Notes under the pieces: model-generated
Database searches by the model: none
What the model was told of the DNA's origin: nothing
What the model saw: the letters and a program-made list of their open reading frames with translations, nothing else
Source: Macrostomum lignano
Lineage: Eukaryota
DNA: 64,000 nt
Direction of reading: 5' to 3'
NCBI GenBank assembly: GCA_002269645.1
Contig: NIVC01003785.1
Span: 12,867 to 76,866, forward strand
In this document: positions 59,687 to 64,000 of the stretch, piece by piece
Position numbering within the stretch: the first letter of the stretch is position 1
How the letters are laid out: every line of letters starts with the position of its first letter
Translations under genes and position numbers: made by a program

Positions 59687-61990
59687 CTTGCAGACTTGTT
59701 TCCTTAGATTAGGTTCTACAGAGCATGGCCAAGAACGCTTAAAGTTGAGATTAGTAAATTTGATTGACGAGACTTTTTTAAGCTTTTATGGTGGCATTTG
59801 TAGAAATAATTTTTACTTATTCCCCAAAAGGCTTTTGTTTCTATAGCTCATAAATTTATTATTCATAAAATTGCATATAAAACTAAGGTATCCCTAACAG
59901 TGCCTATATGTGTTTAGTACTAATCATGTTTGAAAACGAATTCCATTTAATGCACAAATGACAAATTATAGCTTCTTTTTTTGTTTAAAGCATAATTAAA
60001 ATGGTATCTATCACTGCAATATTAACTAGACTTGCTTCAATTCGGTGAATTAAACAACGTTGTTGCCAATTGACTTAAATTGTCCTGTATTCATTTCGTT
60101 AACAAGTTTTAGGCATATCTGTTCCTTTGGATTATTGTTTGTTTCTAAAAACTTGAACTGTACTAACTACAACGATATACATTCTATGAAAATTATAAGG
60201 AAAATTCAGACGAATAATGCCAGAACATGTAGAGTAATTGCAAGAAATTAAAAACAATGAAAATATTTTTCCGACGCATTTAATATTCAATGTAGACGTG
60301 AAGCTGGAGTCAGTGTAATTCGCACGAAATGTTAAAAGACCAAATTTTAGCTTGTACTAAAATATTTGAAGTAATTTACAAGGACATGCTTGTTAGCTAG
60401 CTACTATGCTACTAGCGGTTGTTTGTGATATACATGTAATTTTTGAATGCGAATGCATATTTATTGTTTTTCGGACTTTAAAGAAATAACATTAAAACAA
60501 AGTGTACGCCTTGATCTTTATTGCTTTTTGACAAATTTCAGTAATATATTAAAACTATTAAGTTTTAGTTGCATAAATAACAAAACAGGTTTTCTTCACA
60601 ATTTTTACTTTATGTAATTTATGCTTTGTCTAACATATTTAATGTGCATTATGTTTCGTATTTATGATCAATGTTTTAGTCTACATAGGACTCGAAGGCA
60701 GTAATGCAGTATGGTGCAGGCATTCGTCGTTAAATATTTGGCAAATTAAAAAGATCGAAGTGGCTCCTTGGATGAACTTTAGACTTTACTAGCAACAAAG
60801 AATTAAAACATTTTGCTAACGAATATAATTTATCGCTAGGTTTACTGGTTTAACAATTTTCCTGCACAGTAGACTCTATAGTCTAGCTCTAGCTAGAGGT
60901 ACAAGTACACAGGTGCATGAGCTTTACTATTTTGAACGGGTCCTCTGAAACGTCTCAAAGATAACACCTTCTACACGCAAACTTTAGTAAATAATATTTT
61001 ATTTCAATAAATTATTGAAATAATGTATCTACGGGTGTCATATACATTACTTTTCCTCTAGCTTCTACAGTTGGATTATATAAAACCTACTTGGTTTTCA
61101 GATGTTATATTATTATTATAAACAGTAAAGTAATGCTGGCATAATTTTTTGTGCTTTCAGTCTATTTTATTTTATATCCGAACAATTTATGAAATCATAA
61201 TTAGATTAGAGTATCAAATAATTAATCTCTAATTCTCTATGCCATGTGTACACCTTTTTAAAATTCTAGAAGCTATTAATTAGTGGAATGACTAAACTGT
61301 ATTTAAATATAGAAAAGTTTTTATTATTAAAAAATATTCTTTGATGCTCTCTTAAGCTTTTAGTAGGACAAAAGTATTTAAGTTAAAAAAGCACTATAGA
61401 TAAGATATTACTTAATGTAGCATACTCTTCTATTGTGATACAAGGACATGATTTAAACCAGGATGATTCATACTTTTTATAAATGCTGATGCGTTAAGGT
61501 TGTATTTCTTTTATGCCATTCTGCTACTTAGTCAGCTGAAAATTTAATATTAAAAGTAAATGATACTGACGCACTACTTTTCTCCATTTTAGTTTTATTG
61601 CAAACCTAAAACCTAGGGATTCTCACTCTAAATTAAATTATCAACTCTCAAATATAAAACTTTTTTAAAGACTGCAATAACATATGGCAAAAGTTTCATT
61701 TTTAAGGTAGAACATTGATCAATCATTTATCTTGACAATTTTTTATTTCTTTAAATAAAAATCTGTTTGATAACAATTTTAGCTACATTAATACATTTCA
61801 ATACAGGCATGATATAGAGCAAGGTATGAAGAAATATTATGCTTATGTATAGTTTTATATTTAATTTACATAGTTTTAGTAGCTTTTTGAGTTTGTTAAA
61901 AATATGAGTCTTAAAAAGAGTAGAAAGTATTCTTAATCAAGCAGTAAATTACTTTAAATCTAAAATTTGACTTCATCCGCCACTGCAGCC

Positions 61991-63625
61991 ATGCCAGTCG
62001 TGCCAAGCTACCAGACGCGCCTGCCGCAGAAGGTCATCCCCCGCTGCGTGACTGTCGGCCGATTCGATGGCCGCTCGGACACCCTGGCTTGTGCTGCCCC
62101 GGCCGGCCGAATCATGCTCCTCGGTCCTGGCGCCGGCGCTGGCGCCAAATCCGGTGGCTCCAGCAGCCGCGTCCTCCGCCCGGAGCCGGTGGCCGCAGCC
62201 GGCGCAGCCGACGTGATGCTGCTGAACATGGGCCAGGCGGTGACGGCGCTGGCCGCCGGCCGGTTGGGCGAGCCGGCAACCTCACCGATGCAGGACCTAC
62301 TGCTGGTCGGCAGCGCCGGCTCCTGTCTGGCTTACGATGTGCTCAACAATGCCGACGCATTTTTTCGCGACGCGCCTGACGGTGTCAGCGCCATTGTCGT
62401 TGGCAGACTTGGCCGCCAGTCCGGCGTCGGGCAGCTGGCGCTGGTTGGCGGCAACTGCTCGCTGACTGGATACGACAGGTTCGGGCTAGAAAGGGGTTTT
62501 CCGATGCTAATTTTAGAAACGGAGATTCCCTTTGCTATTTTTAGAAACTAGACTGGTGATCTGGATAGGCTTTCCATGCTATTTTTAGAAACGGTCTGGA
62601 AATATTTTAAACTCAAGCTCTGAAAACTATTTCCAAGAAATGAAGTGATTTTTTCCCGAGGATTGGCGTTGGCACGGATTAGTGTCGTTACTCTAAGAAT
62701 CGAGTTCAGGTCCTCTGACCTAAGTGAGCTGCGCGCTTGACCCGCCTCTCCCTTCCCAGGTCGGGAAACGACGTTTTCTGGAGCGTGACTGGCGACAACG
62801 TGAGCAGCCTGTCACTGTGTGACTTTCTTGGCAGTGGCGGCAACGAGTTGCTCGTCGGTAGCGAAGACTACGAGATTCGAGTGTTTCAGGACGATGAGAT
62901 TGTGCAGGAGATCACTGAGACCGAGGTAGTCAGCTGCCTGTGCGCGATTCAGGGCCCCATGTTTGCTTACGGGCTGGCCAACGGCACTGTGGGCGTCTAT
63001 GAGAGGTGATACAGTTTCTGTTGTGATGGCTTCACTGTTCACGGGATATAAATCGCTCTTCACTGTTTACCTATCGCTATTCACTTTTCAACTTCGCTAT
63101 TCACTGTTCACATTTCGCTATTCACTTTTCAACATCACTATTCACTGTTCACATATCGCTATTCACAGTTCACATTTCGCTATTCACTGTTCACATTTTG
63201 CTATTCACCTGTTCAGTATTCACACACATAATTATTGTTCACGAGAATATGTTCAAGTAATGACTTGTTAACGAAGAATTTTTTTCACGGAACTCTACTA
63301 ACAGTAGCAGAAATCGGGTTTTTAAGTAGTGAGCAAGTTTAATTTAAGCAATTACCGCCTTATCTCTCGGTCAGATCGACCCGCCTGTGGCGCATCAAAT
63401 CAAAGAACACCCCGGTGGCGGTGTTCGCTTTTGATCTGGACAGCGACGGCGTCCCCGAGCTCATCACCGGCTGGTCTAACGGAAAAATCGACGCCAGAAA
63501 CTGTCGCACAGGGGAGGTCGTGTTCAAGGACCAATTTCCCAGCTCTGTGGCTGGCATTGTGGCTGCTGACTTTTCGCAAGGACGGCACTAAGTTGCTGAC
63601 CATCGTCCAGCGTTGATGGGGAGAG
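61991..63625 (+). CDS. BBS2: Bardet-Biedl syndrome 2 protein (5' part). Exons 61991-62478, 62760-63005, 63375-~63625, with two +1 indels near the end
   Basis: [95 protein letters not shown] and [13 protein letters not shown] match BBS2. Confidence 0.95.
63030..63240. repeat. 21-bp degenerate repeat (TTCACTGTTCACATTTCGCTA), BBS2 intron
   Basis: Direct inspection. Confidence 0.85.
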
Positions 63626-63659
63626 GCTGGTTTAGCAACTGCGCGAGGACTGGGCCAAT

Positions 63660-64000
63660 CACAGACAATAGCCTAAATCACACCGTTAAGCCCCAACCAC
63701 CTGTTAAACAATGCCCAATCACCTGTTAGGAAAATAGCCTAAATCACCTGTTAGACAATAGCCTAAATCATGCGATAATACCTAAATCACCTGTTAAACA
63801 ATAGCCCAAATCAGTTAGACAATAGAATCACCTGTTAGATAATAGCCCCAATCACCTGTTAGACAATAGCCTAAATCACATGTTAGACAATTAGCCTAAA
63901 TCACCTGTTAGACAATAGCCCCAATCACCTGTTAGACTAAGCCCTAATCACCTGTTAGACACATTAGCCCAATCACCTGTTAGACAATAGCCTAAATCAC
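63660..64000. repeat. ~25-bp noisy repeat (AATCACCTGTTAGACAATAGCCTA)
   Basis: Direct inspection; many indels. Confidence 0.9.

Overview
Eukaryotic (animal) genomic DNA. GC-rich exons, minisatellite-stuffed introns and TTAGGG repeats suggest a free-living flatworm such as Macrostomum, but this is inference only. Genes reconstructed by hand from splice sites: PYROXD1 (-, runs off the left edge), a CRTC/TORC coactivator (-), an alkaline phosphatase with a likely GPI anchor (+), three tandem 9-exon ADAM-like metalloprotease-disintegrin genes (-), a divergent intronless alpha-tubulin with two frameshifts (-), GLE1 (+) and the 5' part of BBS2 (+). Between and inside them lie two tRNA-derived SINE families (one with a MIR-type CORE), several MITEs, piggyBac, Crypton-like and hAT-like remnants, and about 20 tandem arrays. 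The most unusual item is the ADAM-like triplet: each copy has an intact zinc site and a disintegrin domain, but only a ~15-aa propeptide, a truncated Cys-rich region and no cytoplasmic tail. Copies A and B also share a near-identical disintegrin exon, consistent with gene conversion. Other highlights: an ATG that appears to be assembled by splicing, a MITE carrying telomere-like repeats, and a CpG-stripped, possibly CpA-mutated domain around the piggyBac remnant. All coordinates and counts were read by eye and need computational confirmation.
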